Part shown: piece after piece, positions 36,201 to 51,200 of the stretch | Layout: the number at the start of each line of letters is the position of its first letter | Position numbering within the stretch: the first letter of the stretch is position 1 | Assembly: GCA_002633005.1 (NCBI GenBank) | Contig: NMRA01000447.1 | Span: 281,182-345,181, forward strand | From: Phoronis australis | Lineage: Eukaryota > Animalia > Phoronida | DNA: 64,000 bases | Direction: 5' to 3' | Notes under the pieces: model-generated | The model's database searches: none | What the model was told of the DNA's origin: nothing | The model's input: the letters and a program-made list of their open reading frames with translations, nothing else | Translations under genes and position numbers: made by a program

Positions 36201-39200
36201 AATCAGTGAAGATAATTAAAATATACTAAATAAACCAGGCAAAGTGTGTTGTAGCTAAGAATTTTTTTCCTTTGAAAAAAGAATACAAAGTACGTAGTTC
36301 CTTTGTTACATTTTGACAAGCTAACTACTCCAGATCTCAGTTCAGCACATCTACATGTAAAGATGCCAAAATGAAAAAAAATATTAAGAAAGAAATTCTG
36401 AGAATCATTCGATAATTCACGTTTCCAGTAATAGCCCCCTCTATCAGTACATCCAATTTTTATAGAAATTGCCAGACTTAAAGATCGACCAGCAGTCATG
36501 ACAAGAACAAGAACAACTGTATCCGTTCGTTGGACAGCCTGGCAGAGTGGAACAGATCATGGCGTGGGACCGGTTAAAAAATACATTATAGAGTACGAAC
36601 AAGATGGTGGTGGGGTTTGGACATCCACAGAAGTTGATAATGTGGCAAATCAAGCTACGTTCACTTACAATATCTCCAACACTGACATGAGCCATTTCTA
36701 CCTAGTGAGAATAAGGATAATGCTTGCAGGAGGTCTGCTTGGGAACGCCAGTCCGGAAGTGGAAGCGTGTGGAGGTACAATAATCCTCTCTGTTGTTAGA
36801 AATAGGGTAATTTTAGTAACATATTATAGTATTATTATAACTATCAAAATACTCTAAGTACGTGAAGTAACTAATTGTAATTAAGCCAGAATCTGCTTCC
36901 TAATGCTGGGTACTGGTGCATATAGCGTACTCAATACCTACGTTAACCATTACTATGTTTTGAATTTCAGAGCCACAAGCACCCGAACCAAGTCTATCAA
37001 ACACAGTTATTAACACAGTCAACATAAACTGGCCAGTAAGGTTTAACAGTTTCCAAAAATTAAATACAACGTTATACATACAATACTTCGCGAGATAATG
37101 CCACGAACTCATTACAATTAAAGCACGTGTTCATCTGAGTTCACAGGCTTGACGAGAAGCTTGCATCTGAGGAACTCATCCCTTTATGAAATTGAGTGGG
37201 AATTGTCTATTCTAGAAATGGCATATGTTTGGTAGTAGGTAAAATCATGAATACATGAGTCAGCTGCTAGCTACAGCAACATACTACATGTATATTAGGA
37301 GAAAAGATATTAATTCCACGATTGGCGCTGGTTGATTCAAAGGTTTTCCTTTATTATCTGATCACCTAAAATCTGGTAATTCCATTTGATTTGATAATTC
37401 CATGAGTTTACTAGTTATCTATTTCTGCATGCGTGCATCCAGCCTTCAATATGGGGGTGGCTCGAATCCTTGACGTTGTGGACCTTTTGATACCAAAAGA
37501 GCCGGCTCACTAAAAAACAAAAAACGGGAATAGCACTGTGAATTGCGCTTTTGCGCTTATTTGGTGAGCTTTAGTCCCAATTTCTTGGACTTTTTGTCTC
37601 TCGGGAGGACCTTTTTGCCCACTCCGACAAATGCGGGGCTACTTCGACCCCCCTTAACCCCCCTGGGTGCGCGCATGTTCTGCGTATATTAACCTCAAAA
37701 AATGTTTTTAGTTCCATTGTTCAACATGAGTAGTCTGGTGTGTATTGTAAGAGTTAGATTGGGTGTAGGAAGACTGATTAATTGTCGAGTTGTTTCAGTG
37801 TTTACAAATTAGCCTATGTTTTATTGACTTGTCCCGGTTTAATTGCTCAATTGTGCAACATTCAGGAAGCTGACTGGAGATGTGGTACACCGGGGTGGTA
37901 TGTAGTGGAGTACATCAACGGAACAGACACCACGTGGCAGAGAACCTCCAGAATTACATCGAGTAATACGTCATTGTACACGGCACTCTGCACCACCTGG
38001 CAAATAAGAGTCGGGGTCTTCAATAAGCACATGTCTAGCCTGTCCTGCGAAAAAAACATCACCAGCAAAAGTAAAGGTAACTATCCAGCGCAGGGCGTTA
38101 CTGATTTGAGAATCAAACGTGTCCTTGATGAGAACACGTGTATTGCTGATGGCATTTTGTTTGTACTAAAATGTTCATTTTGTAAAAAGACACTGCTGTC
38201 TCTTAGACGTGTGTTTAAGCTGTCATGAGAACCACTTGCATTATTTAAAAGACTGAAAACGGAAGTACGATTGATACATTTTTAATGAACCAATTCACAT
38301 CTTTTTTCGCTGCACTTTATATCTCTTGGCATGGTTGCCAGGCAATGCTGCATGCACTAATTACTCAATAACCGGCGTTACGCAGTGATTTCACAGTCGC
38401 ACTTCGGCATTGAAGGGATGACCTCTGGTGGAAGTAGAGTATCCATGATGTTGATACCATATGATTTTTGGGAAGTATTGCTGGGAGTTTCATACAGTAG
38501 GTAGTAGAGAGATTTGAACTCCAACGATTGTTGACTATTAAAAGGCCAAGTCTTCCCTGGAACTGTGCGAGTTTGATTATTGTCATTTTGCAGTTTCAGT
38601 TCTTCATCGCCAATGTTGCTGTACTCTAGCTCAGCAAAGAAAATGATCGTGGTTCTAACCAAAATGCAGCCATACGCTACATCTTTGTCTACCAAGGCGG
38701 GATAAAATTTCAAATTCTCCTTCCACCTTGCATTCCCTTGGTGAGACTACATGGCCAACTCACACTGACGCAGAAATGTCGACTTTCTCCGAAATCCTGT
38801 GTCACCCGTGAGCCATTCTTGGGCCATAGCCCACGCTTATGACAGAATTCATTATTCGCTTCGAATGAAAAACCATTCTTTTTTAGAAACGAAGAAACAC
38901 AGTGACAAATAACCCTCAGTGGTTACTCTTGCGGTCCATTCGTAATAGGGTTTTAGATACTAAAAATTCTCAGCGTCAGGAATACCTTTGACGCTTATCA
39001 GTACGTCGAATAACGACTTTCACGATAGATAGTACAAGGAATCCCTCATAAAAATCCATGGCTCTTTGCTGGTATCCTGCTAGCTTGGATTTGATTAACT
39101 GTAGGATGGGCGAAATCTGCCTCATTGGCCGATTTTAGATGTTGGGAGAATAGTCGATGATTGCGATAGTGAGTTGTCGTCTCAGCTTGTCGCAGCAGTG

Positions 39201-42200
39201 GCATTCAGACGCGGCATTGGCTGCCTCAAGGCTGTTTTTCGCACGGATGGCCCTCTACTCAGTAAAATTTTCAGTGCCCGTTTCCTGTAACCTAATTATT
39301 TGTGTCAAAGCGGCGACCTCGGCTTCAAGTTCTATCCTGAGAAAGAAATAACTAGTCGAACAATGATTACTTACACAGCATGGTTTAACGAGAATTTGAC
39401 GAGCGTCTGCTTCATATCTCGCTCTCTATTTCCAAGACGTGAAAATTCTGCTTACAAGAAAAAGATGGGTAGATTTTATTTCACTCTCCTTTCCTAATTG
39501 TCTTTCGGTCAGATCCTAAAACGAGATTGAATATTTATGATTGGTTTGAACTTCTGTCAATAATACAGTGTTTTCAGAATCACCATACGAAACAAAATCG
39601 TAGCAAATAGGAACAGCACATCTGAAATGTGCCTAATAGACTTACCAAATAAATTTCAATAAGTGTGAACAATTTACGTTTAACACATGGGCGGCGCACC
39701 ATAGGGGGCTGGGGGGGCTATAGCCCTCCAACTTTTTTTAGGGCTAGGTCGCACATTGTCCATAGGCAGTGCACCACAGAGGTGCTGAGGGGGTTTTGGC
39801 CCTCCACTTTTTTCAGTGCTGCGCTGCCCATATAACAATGCAAGAATTCGTAAACGTCACCTTTAAAACAGTACTTTTATGGAAGTAATAAATTATTGCT
39901 TTGTGGCCTTGCGTGCATTTGCAATCAGAAAATCTAAAAATCGAGTGAAATGTGATTGTGATATTCAGCATACGCTGAAAAGGCGAAGGAGATTCAGTTC
40001 ACTAATCGTCAAGAACACTAATGACGAAACCAGTATTATTCTGAGCTACCAACCGGAGACGATTTGTGCAGACCAGAACCGCATGCTTTACTTTGATTCT
40101 TGTGTCCTGACTATACTGAACAATATAGTGGGTGGCAAGGTTTGCAACAAGCGCTAGATTTGGTAAGAGTGTTTTCATTTTCATCAAGAAGGTTTGAGGT
40201 CCTTCTGGTAAGGTAATGTGGGCAGTGTCACAGTGATACAACATGCAACAGATTCGGAGCCTTCGTGGGTATTTCGGGGATTTACAGTCTTGTGGGTTTA
40301 TGTAATAGTCCCAGTCCCTGACCTCAAAATTACAAACTCAACAAAAATATCTTCGATATGCCATACTCTACTTCAAGACATCTTTAAAATCTCAACTGCA
40401 AAATTTAACTACAAATTCCTCAATAATCAGCTTCCTAAGTATTTTACACTAACAATTTCTTTAGTAAACCCATCCAATATAAACCAACCAGACACATTAA
40501 AACTCCTACATACATGTACCTGAATCAATACTCAGCTGCTATTCCGACAATACAACCCAAATTTTTAATTCCTCTGTCCAACAAAGTGTCATCAAGAGCC
40601 TGTATTAGATTTCAGATTCCTCGACTTATAAACAACTACAAAATACCAGTCCCTGCTCTAAATATAATAAAAACACATCCTTTGCAAGCATTCTCCAGGT
40701 TCTTAACCAATTTTATTATTAGCAACTACGATCCAGAGTGTCATTTTTCCAATTTCTTCATTTGTAACAGTATCTAATTGTATTCTCAAAATCTCCTGAG
40801 CTGTGTCAGTCTACTTCTTGGTTCCTTGTCGTTTTCAGCACTAATTCACTTTGTTTTCTTAAGTATTCCTACTGATTTTCGCATTTCCATTTATTTATAT
40901 AGGGGAGCTTCTTATTAGCGGTCAATAAACTTTAGAAGGCTTCCTAATTGAAATCAAATTTTAATCAATGTATGAGTATAATGTAATGCAAATAAAAGTG
41001 TTTTCTCTCTCTCTTTCTCTCTCTGAAACGGCATAATCAGACATTTCGTCTATAGCATCAATTCATTGCCAAAAAGAACTGAACTATCCATGACCTACCA
41101 AGGATGTTTCACTTTTGGTTTATGTCACTGCAAGATTGGCACTTCAGCAGACAGCTTCCTTATCAACTGGAAATATTACATCGTTGTCATAACTGTATGC
41201 CTTCATGCAGGGTACGAACCAATCTACATTAGAGATGAAGTTTGGTGCTGCAGGTGACTTGCTTACTGAGCAAATTGACAAGGACATGCACGTAAACTGA
41301 CACCCTCTACAAGACGATGGGTGTCAATTCCTAGGTTAGGAAGGGGAGCTTTGAGTGTTGTGGCAAGACAATTTAACGAAGCCTTCGGTTGACGCAACTG
41401 GCTGGATTTTCCATGAAAAATCAATCTTACCTGGTCTCTTTCTGAGGTTTTAAAATATTTGCTCTATGAGAAGAGTGTCTCACCTGCCGAGCAGACTTTT
41501 CTAGAAAACGACTATATCTGACTATGTGCCGCTTCATAGACAGGTATGGTGTTTCTTTGAAAGACTTTGATAATTACCCTCTCGAGATGTTTCATGTGCT
41601 CACTTGTTTCTGTTTTCAAATGATGCTTTGCTTAAGTTCCCGCTTACCGTTTGCTGTTTCTATAGTTGTAGTGCTGGTGCAGATAGCATAACTACATGTA
41701 GGAAAGTCAAACGTTTGATCTTACTCGTTTTTATATACCTCACTTAACACGATATGTTTGATAATATTTCCTTGTCTTCCTGCGGCACATTTTCGATTTT
41801 GTAGCACTGTCAGCACCTCCTCAAGACGCAAATGTGATTGTTACACGGAGTTCGTCACTGTACTTTTCGTGGAGTGGAGTGGAATGTGTTAAACAAAACG
41901 GACAAATAAGCAGCTACAGATATCAAGTACGTAACAGCAATGGTCCGTGCGTTGAAGCTAAAAATTGTGTCAATGAAACGGATATTCGAAACGTTACTTT
42001 GGTCAAGCTAACACCGTACAGTACATATGAGTTGAGAGTTCAGGCGATTGTAGGAAAGCAGGCTGGTCCTTGGACGGCGTGGACTATCGTGACAACTAAC
42101 CAAAGTGGTAAGTGGGAATGTCGTCAGTTGGCTGCATGATGCTATGCAAAATGTAATGCAAACAGAGCGCTATGGAATTTACCAACAGCAGTTCGTAATT

Positions 42201-45200
42201 CGAATGTTCCTTGATTTCCCTATAGTTCCTTTGATAAAAGAGTGTAAACATATACCTGTAATAATCCGTTTCTTGAGCAGGCATTTTTTGTTGTTGATTC
42301 TTCAAAAGCATTGCAAGATGCAAATGGCTTAACATTTAACACTCTTGAGCCTAAGTTGTTGAAATTACACTCAAATAATTCCTTGTCAGTGTTCTTTTTA
42401 TACGACCTTGGGACACCAAATTGAATGGGTGGCATTTACTGTATCAGGTTAGATCAGTCAGTGCGGTCAATGTGGTTGACTCGTTGGAGATTTTGGTTAC
42501 AGTACTAACGGAGGACCTAAACACACGATTGCAAGCTCATTGTTTGCGCTTACGCCGTGAAAAACGGGTGTACACTGTTTGTACGAATGTTAGCAGTCAA
42601 ACAGTCAAGAAATCAAAAATATTCAATCCTACCTGCTCTTTTTAAATTCTATTACTGAGTATATTTAATCCAAACTCACTATGATGATTCATCAAATCGT
42701 GTGGCATTTTCTTATTAAACCAATAATTCTTAGGTGGCCCTTTTCAAGCGTCATACTTCAAATGTCGTGGAATTGTCCTGTATATAAAACAAAATATCTT
42801 TATGGAATTTTACGTATGCACGTTAAAAACTGCTGGAATAGGAAGCTGTTGAATCTTGGGACGTGTTTTGGTGCAAATGGTACCTAATCATCTTGTGATA
42901 TCGGTGGCAGTGGAAGTATTTTTGAACAACAGCTTCCTTCGTTGTGTAGTGCACAAGCCTGTGATAGCTTTAAGTAGACATCTGTTGTAAGACAGGAAAG
43001 ACACGGTTTGGTCAATGTGCCAACATTTGAGTCTATTGAAACTTGTTAGTTTGAAGATAATTTATCGATTTCATATACAGTTAATATTCTTCGGATAATA
43101 ATTGTGTCGCAACACGTACATAGAAAATGTTAGCTGAACTTTACCCATCCTTCTTTCTCATACCGGTTAAGTAATCTGTAACTTGAAAGACTTCACCGAT
43201 AACCAGTCGCGTGTCATATCCAGTTGATCTGATTGGATCAGCCAGCTGCATAAAACTCAGCTAGTGAGCGTCCAGAACGTGTAAATCACTATCTATCTTT
43301 TGCATGCTAGCTTAAGTCGAGAGGCAACATGTTAGATATAGGGACATGATTGTTAACTGAAAATCGGTGTCGACACGACTGAGCAATGTTACCTTGGGCT
43401 GGATTTCATAGTAAAAGTTCTACTCTGATTTGCTGATACGATGAGCAATGGGGTCGAACCTCTGTTCATGAGCTCTGTATATTCCCTGTCCTCATGCCCC
43501 AGAGATTGCCAAGAACCTATATTCTTCTCTCGCAATTGCCCTTCGGCCCCAAGTTCCCCGCGTTTCGAGAGCAATATTTTGTGCGATGGGGGTGAACTGG
43601 AGGCACGTATTCCCTGGTCTGATTTTGACCGATGTCTGCCGTACGGTTACTACCCGTTGTAAGGTAAAGGGTTTTTGATCCGTGCTGAGTGCTGTAGTGG
43701 CAAATGCACTTTTTCCCCGAAATAAAGGGAAAAATTGCGAACCAAAGGTATTGTATCGAGAACAAAATATTATTGATTTAAAGATTGGAATTCACCAAAA
43801 CATTTCATGCTAATAATGCCTGAACAATTTTGTGACTTCTGGGTATTTCCAAGTTCTCAACAAACAAACTGAAATCTATTGCGCTGCAGGGGGCCAAGTC
43901 AAGTGTCAACTGGTTACCCACAGACCAAAAGTCAGTTTGTCTGGGAAGACAACATAAGTGGTACCTTTCTCGTTCTAGTTCCAACAGCCCCAAAAAGCGT
44001 TATGGTCATCGAGCGTTCACCAGGATCTGTAACTCTATCATGGTCTGCTCCGTGTCCCCCGAGAGGTTTGATTGTCGGGTATATGGTCCAGTACCAGTCC
44101 CTTAATCGATCGGAGCCTGCCTTGACATCTGTTTGTAACAACTGCACCCGGATGTCTCTTCAGAACCTTCACTCTAACGAACTATACGAGTTCAAGGTAA
44201 GCGATTTTCATTGTAATTCCTTACAAAAAGACAGAGGCGGATCACGGATTTTGTGTAGGAGGAAGGGCGTGGGGACGGCCAGGGTATTATCAAGAATTTT
44301 TATCGTCAGACTTTGGCGCCCACGAACTGCCAAATGAAATATTTGATAATTTTATTGTGGGGGCTTTGCCCTCTAAATCCACCACTGAAAGGTGCCCTAG
44401 TTTCGAGTGTTTGAGAGCGCTTTTTTGCCGGTTAAACAAATAAAAGTTCAACCCAACCGCAACCAATTTAAACTTTTAGCCATTCTTTCCATCACGTCTC
44501 AAATTCTTTGGTAAAGAGTTTCGGGTCGAAGCCTCCTAACGTTTTAATACTTCACATGTCATTTCACACATTGTTTATATTTTGTTGAGAAATTCGTTTG
44601 TCTTGCTTATTGTAAGAAAATCTGAATCTCTCTATCAACTCCGTCGAGCATGAATAGATTGTCATGTAAACTAGAATTACACAAATAATGTCTATATCTA
44701 ATATAACCAAATAATGTGATTTTTATAATATGTGTGACAACCCGGTAGGTCCAGTGGCTAGAGATGAGTCGCCGAAGTAGAATATTTAAGACGCATTGTG
44801 TTTGGTTAGTATCTGTAATGTTTCTTTCTGGATATTCTTTCTCAAATTTGATGACTGTCAATTGAACAGATTCGTTACAAGTTGACCTTGGATTTTATAT
44901 TTTGACAAAAAGTGCTTTGTAAAGTGAGAATTCAAGTGAGAGACGTTGGAATACATCTTAGACATGGTGGCGCAGCTCTGAAAAAAGTTGGGGGTAAAGC
45001 CCTCTTAGCCCTTCTGTGGTGCAACGCCTATAGCCCATGTGCAACATAGAACTGAAAATAGTGGGGGCTATAGCCCCAAAGCCCCCTATGGTACGCCGCC
45101 CATGTTAGAATTGGACATCATAAGTTTTAGAAACTAAACGTGCGAGCATCAAGAAAATAAAGCCAAACTCAGGTTGTAATTTACATGTACATGTGGCATA

Positions 45201-48200
45201 ATAATCTTCAAAGTGAAAACTCTGCCACCTGGCGCTTGCATATTCAACAATATAATAGGTAAATTGTATAAAGGCGGGAACAGAATTTTGTGTTTTAATG
45301 TCATGCTTAACTTTTTTAGAAATGGAGCCTTGAGTTACTCAAGTTTTGTGTATTAATATGCGTTTGTTTTCATTCTAGGTTAGAGCAAAAACAATTGACT
45401 GGGGGGAATGGAGATCTTCTATCTTTGAGAAAACAAATATGGGTGAGAACGTCTCTTAATTCCTTTGAAGCAGTGCTTCACATAATCGATGTAATATTTC
45501 TTTTTGCCTGACTGTACTTGCGTACTTTGTCTAACAGACTGAATGGCTGGTGTGTTTTTCGTATTCTAAACGTTCTTCCACCCAATCTCTTCAGCCCCAA
45601 TGCCACCCAAATCTTTGGGGTGTACGGGAGACTTGCAACAAGAATCTGAAGAACACATTGGAAATATGAATTGGTACTTATTTGAAGAACATTAAAATAC
45701 TCGGATTGATAGAGAATAGGAAACAGTGAAAATAAGACATTGTAGTTATTTCACTATATTGCATTGTTACATGCAATACAGCATGACATAAATGCACAAG
45801 ACGTACCTAGAGTGATGTCGACCTGGACCTTCGGTCTCGGTCGATACGCGGAATAATGTCTCGTGGGATATTACTTCATGTAAGCCAATTGAGGTACGTT
45901 TTGCATTTATCGCATACGCTTCGAACTCCCAAGTTTCTTTCATTTTGTCGGCAGATTTTCTAAATACTTCACTCAGACTGTTCACGCGGCGGATCACATT
46001 TTATACGTATGTACTTGCGCATTAGGCAGCAAGCTTTCTCTAATAAAATAAACATTTTTAAATGTGACGATTTATTACTTGAAAAGAGATGTTGAGTGTT
46101 TTTTACACTGGTATAATGGTATTTCTTTAAACCATTTTCCGAAAGTTTGGTTATCGAACTGGCTAACGACGTCGAGTAGATATTGACGTACCTTTTGAAC
46201 TTTCATGCCGTAGGCCACTGTTGAAGTAGTGCGTTAGGTGAATACGGAAAACCTTATTACATGGTAGTATTTCCCTCTACAGATTCAACGCATATAGGAT
46301 AAATAGAAATAAAAAATGATTGAGCAATAAAACGCAAATGCATCTTCCGCTGACAAACTCTAGAACGGAGACAGTTCAGTTTTGGGTAGCAAGGTGTTAA
46401 CAAAGAATGAAGTAAAACTGTAAGAAACATAAGGGCGGCAGAGCAAAAACGTGTTAACAACAACAGGCGCAAAGAGACGAATAAAGAGGTCACAAACAGA
46501 ATATAAGTATCGTCCATCTGGAATAAAGCAATTGCGATTTATTTTCCAGAACTGAAATTCTGATTCAAATTTAATCGATTTCAAAATCAGTATTACTCTT
46601 GTAAAACAGTCTGTGGTTGAACTAAAATTGTTGTGAACAACTTTCCAATATTTTCGTAGTCCTTTTGTGTGCGTGTTTTCGTCTGCGACAGCATATGACG
46701 ACCATATGAGTCATTCTAAGATGGCTGCCGAAAAGCAATGTACAGTTGGAACAACTCGACATAAATTAAAGAAATTTTTGAACCAACGAGTACTAAAAAT
46801 TTGTAAAAGTTAAGTCAAACCCTATTCGGAGCATAACTTTGAAGTGGAATAATTCGGTGAGTACAACGAGCCGGTATATTACTTAGGTGGACGACCATTG
46901 GTTTTCCGAGCGTAAATTTGACATTTCACCCTGGTCTGTACTCCTGTGCATTACCGTGAATATGTTTGTATATAGTGTACCGCACTGCTTACTTTCCTTC
47001 CCAACAGTAATAGACTACAACATCGTCGGTGCCGTTTGTGGATTCTTGGCTTTTATCGTTCTTGTCGCTATTATTGGGTTTCTGTTTCATAGGTGAGTAT
47101 TGGTACTCTCTATAGTTTCACCAAAGTTCTGTCACACTTACATGTATTCTGGAGAACACCAAAAATTGAAGCAGAAAGAAAAGAGCACACCTTGTGTAAA
47201 AACGAAGCGCAAATATATCAAGCGTTTGACATTTACTATACTGTGTAAGGGGAAGCACGATATACACCTATCCGTTTACCCCCTTCTTGAGGTTACATCG
47301 CTCTTCCAATGTATCAATATTATGTGCATGAGGTCGCGAGCTTGAAAGTGAAACTGTCACATTTCACCAACGCTATCTTGTTGACTTCTCTTTTGTCACC
47401 AGACTGAACGCTCTGCAATGTGTTTTAACCTTTTGCCTAATCAAAATACATGAGGATTTTCAATCGTGAATCTGTTTCAAAGCTGTGTGAATGTTAATGA
47501 TATCTAGATCTAGTTTCTTGACTGAAAAGGGTATCCTATAAATTCAGTAACGAAATGTCCCGTTTTACGTACATTTAAATATTTCTTTAAAATCCAGAAA
47601 AAGACGATGGTGCCACGAGACGCCAAAAAGTGAGACAAAAACAGAAGGACACTGTGATGAGCCAGGTACAGGTACATTTGAACGCTTCCGAAGGTGAATG
47701 CGGCACTTATTAGGTACGAAGGAATTGGTTAAGCTTCAGGTTTGGTGACCTGAAGTTTAAAAGCCAACTTCAAGCCATATGGCTACAGTGAGGGGAAAAG
47801 GCTCTTCAGGTAATCTTGATGGAGCCTTTTTGTGACGAGAATATCGAAGCATGGGAGTGAAATTCCGTGTTTCGAGAACAACGAGCATCAGGGAATGGGC
47901 AAAACGTATGGGAACCAGACATGTGGACCTCTTTTTACCGTGCATGGTATACGAAGAAATGATTTTACACCAGCTTCAAACCACATGATTACCCGGATGT
48001 TGTTGGTTCTTTTAACTGTTGCACATGAAGGTATTTCCACCATGTAAGTGTTTTGGCACATTAAAGTTTTACATGCCCGTTCACGTCACTGAACATTGTT
48101 GAATTGAAATGTTATTTCAACCAGCTAGGGGTTCTGGTTTTCACTCTATTTTTCAATGTAGTCTACATTAGGTTGGTGGCTTGGGTAGATGAGCTTGTAA

Positions 48201-51200
48201 ACTACAGTGCATGAACGCGTACACCATAGATACAGCTGTACTGCATCGATGGAGAGGAGAGCTCTCTTCATACGACGATGCAGCGTCACGTGTACACGTA
48301 CAGGTGCACATGGGTCTTGTCGGCCAGGTCACATACATGTATCCGTATCACGCTAGAAGCTCCGCGTGTTTAACTGTTACTCTAGTTCACTGCGTGGAGT
48401 ACTAAATACAAGAAAAGTATTAAAATAAAGTAAAACAAGTGATTTATTCTACGTTCAATCTGGTTTCCTAATTCTAACGCATATTTCTGTGCCATTGTTT
48501 ATCTTTCCCTGAAGTCCAGCACTTGTTTATGTAATCTCCATATGTATTTCCTGGTTTGATCGCTGATAAGAACTGCAAACTACACAAGCAAATCTCTGTT
48601 GAGGTGTGGTTGACTTTAATTTATCTCATAATTAAGAGATACATGTTAAGTCTGTGAACTGGTTGGATTGGTTTCATTTTTACCATGCTCGACAATACGT
48701 CAAAACCGTAAAATAATTGCGTTGTCAAAAATGTCTAAGGTCAATATTATTGGAACTTACATTTAATCGTTCCTTCATGTACATGTAGTCATCTAAACTC
48801 ATGTTAATTTTTACAACAGGTCGCTCAAGACGATTACATCAAAATCTTGTCCCTGCCACGGAGATGTCCACAATTGACAACAATAAGCCGGTAAGAAAAA
48901 TGGATATCATACTAAATAGATCGCTGCACAGGAACGCGTTTAACCATATGGAGTGCTTGGACCTGCATTGATTCATACTTGAATTTAATATTCAGAGTTG
49001 TGAGGTTCACATGTCCAGAGAAACCTGAGCATATGATTCTAAAACCTGACACCAAATCACGATACATACCCTGCAACTTAGAAATCAATCATGTAATCTT
49101 TAAATTGATAATTATGACATACAATGTCATGCAGTGGCCTCAAATGTGAAGTAGTAGGCATGTTTATGAACACTATGGCTTCTCCAACATCGCCGTGGTG
49201 ATTTGACTCGATATTATTGAGGTGGCGTGTTTGCTGAGAAATGCGTATATCCAATTAAATTCACCGACAAGTTCATTTATGTACAGCATTTCTTTTCGGT
49301 ATTTTTTTCAGAATGAAAATGACGCACCCAACACTTACGAAACTGTCACTGACGACAGACCGACTTCCAACGTATATGAGAAGATAGAGCCCGCATATTG
49401 GGCGATACCGTATAACTCTATCGTTTTTGATGAGGGTGTTGGTAAAGGGAGTTTTGGTGACGTTCTATCTGCTACCATTGCCAAGGATGGCGCTTCGGTC
49501 AAGGTGGCATTAAAACGATTAAACGGTAAATACATTCAATCACTGATCCAGAAGGTGTTTATTGTATGTGAATTCCCTCCTGTAAATGAGAGCATGTTTT
49601 CCATGGTCGTGAATCTGGGTATGTGAATATCTCTTTCTAATATTGCACAACGACATGCCTGAAAAAATAGCTGTTCAGTTTCTTTCTTTAGCGCAACGCT
49701 TGCATTTAACTTGAGCTGCAACAAAACAGCATATTAGTAAATGCATGAAATGGACACATAAAGCTCAGCTTAGTGCTTGACTTTGTATACTGATTTCCTA
49801 ATATATTAACGACTTGCTAAAGCAACAATCATAATGTTATCTAATCCACATTCTTTAACATTCAGCTCGCGCCACAGACAAAGACAAGACCGACTTTATC
49901 GGAGAGCTCAATATTTTTAGCCAAGTGGGAAGTCACGCAAACGTCATATCATTGATAGGAGCTTGTGAATATGAAGGTAACCTCAGGACCAGGCACAATA
50001 CCACTGGTTTAATTGTCGAATTAGATTAAATAACAATTAGTTAAGAGTAGCAAATTGTATTTTATGGTAACCCCCATGCAGTGTAACGATATTGTTCTCC
50101 GGTGGGTTTTTTAAAGGAAAGACGGAATTGAAAATTTGACTAAAATGCGGTACTACATAAACTATATTTACAGTACACAATAAAAGGGTTTCAAACACAA
50201 CTAAAGCAATCTAGGGAAATACTAAAAAGTTAAAAACAAAACAGGTACCTGTTTTTAACATCCCTGCAGGTTTAGTCTTGTTGACATCAGAATAAAAAAC
50301 TCCATTTTAACGTCCCAGCGTACAGAGTTGGATATTAGCCTAAACTGATACCAGTTTTATGGATCTAAAATTACTAGGTAAGATGTGAATTTGGTGTACT
50401 AATTACACTTTGAAACCAATGAGTTCCCCACACAATGGGGACATTTGCAGTGTTCATCATTAAACATTTGATAATCTCTAGACACTCAATTTGTGACAGC
50501 AAAAATGTATACATCTACATGTATAGACAACAGCAATACACATATATGCGGTTCACTAAGGCATACAATATCGTAATCATATTCTAAGTCTCTGAAATCT
50601 GGTCCTGGTACCATATTTTACTGGCTGAAGTATTTAAATCCCTGTTCCAAAATGCGCACCCAATAAAACTTAGACTGCAGTCTACTATTTCTGAACAACA
50701 CATGTTTGATATTATGTTTTATTGATTACGCCTGCAGATGTTTTATTTGTGGCTACTGAATATGCTTCGAAAGGGAACCTTCGAACGTTTCTAAGAGACA
50801 GTCGTATGGACTCTGATTACGCCAACGTTGGCTCTATGACAAGTCTTAGTGAGAAGCAGTTGCTGCAGATGGCGCTGGACGTCTCTCGGGGGATGAAGCA
50901 CCTTGCTGCTTTTAAGGTAGTGACTGAGGAATGTAGGCTGATTCTAGTCTGAACATAAAAACTTTGATATGTAGAAGACGAACAGTGTTAAAAGCACAAC
51001 TAAACTTTTTATTTGAAAGATTGATACTGAAAAAATGTATTTTCAACGAAGATTGTGCTAACGAATGACAGCTGCCAAACTATACCGATTTGTTGGAGGA
51101 TGTATATCAACAAAATGCTGATATGAAACTGGAGATTTGAGGCGTTTGAATGTGATGTCAAGAGTAAAGCCTGGTATACTTGACCGACGTAAACTCCGAA

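Noticed and set aside
47666-47693. Extension of the juxtamembrane exon to the AG|gtgaat donor
   Set aside because: The phase-2 junction leads to a stop in the next exon; the phase-1 donors at 47665 or 47671 keep frame.
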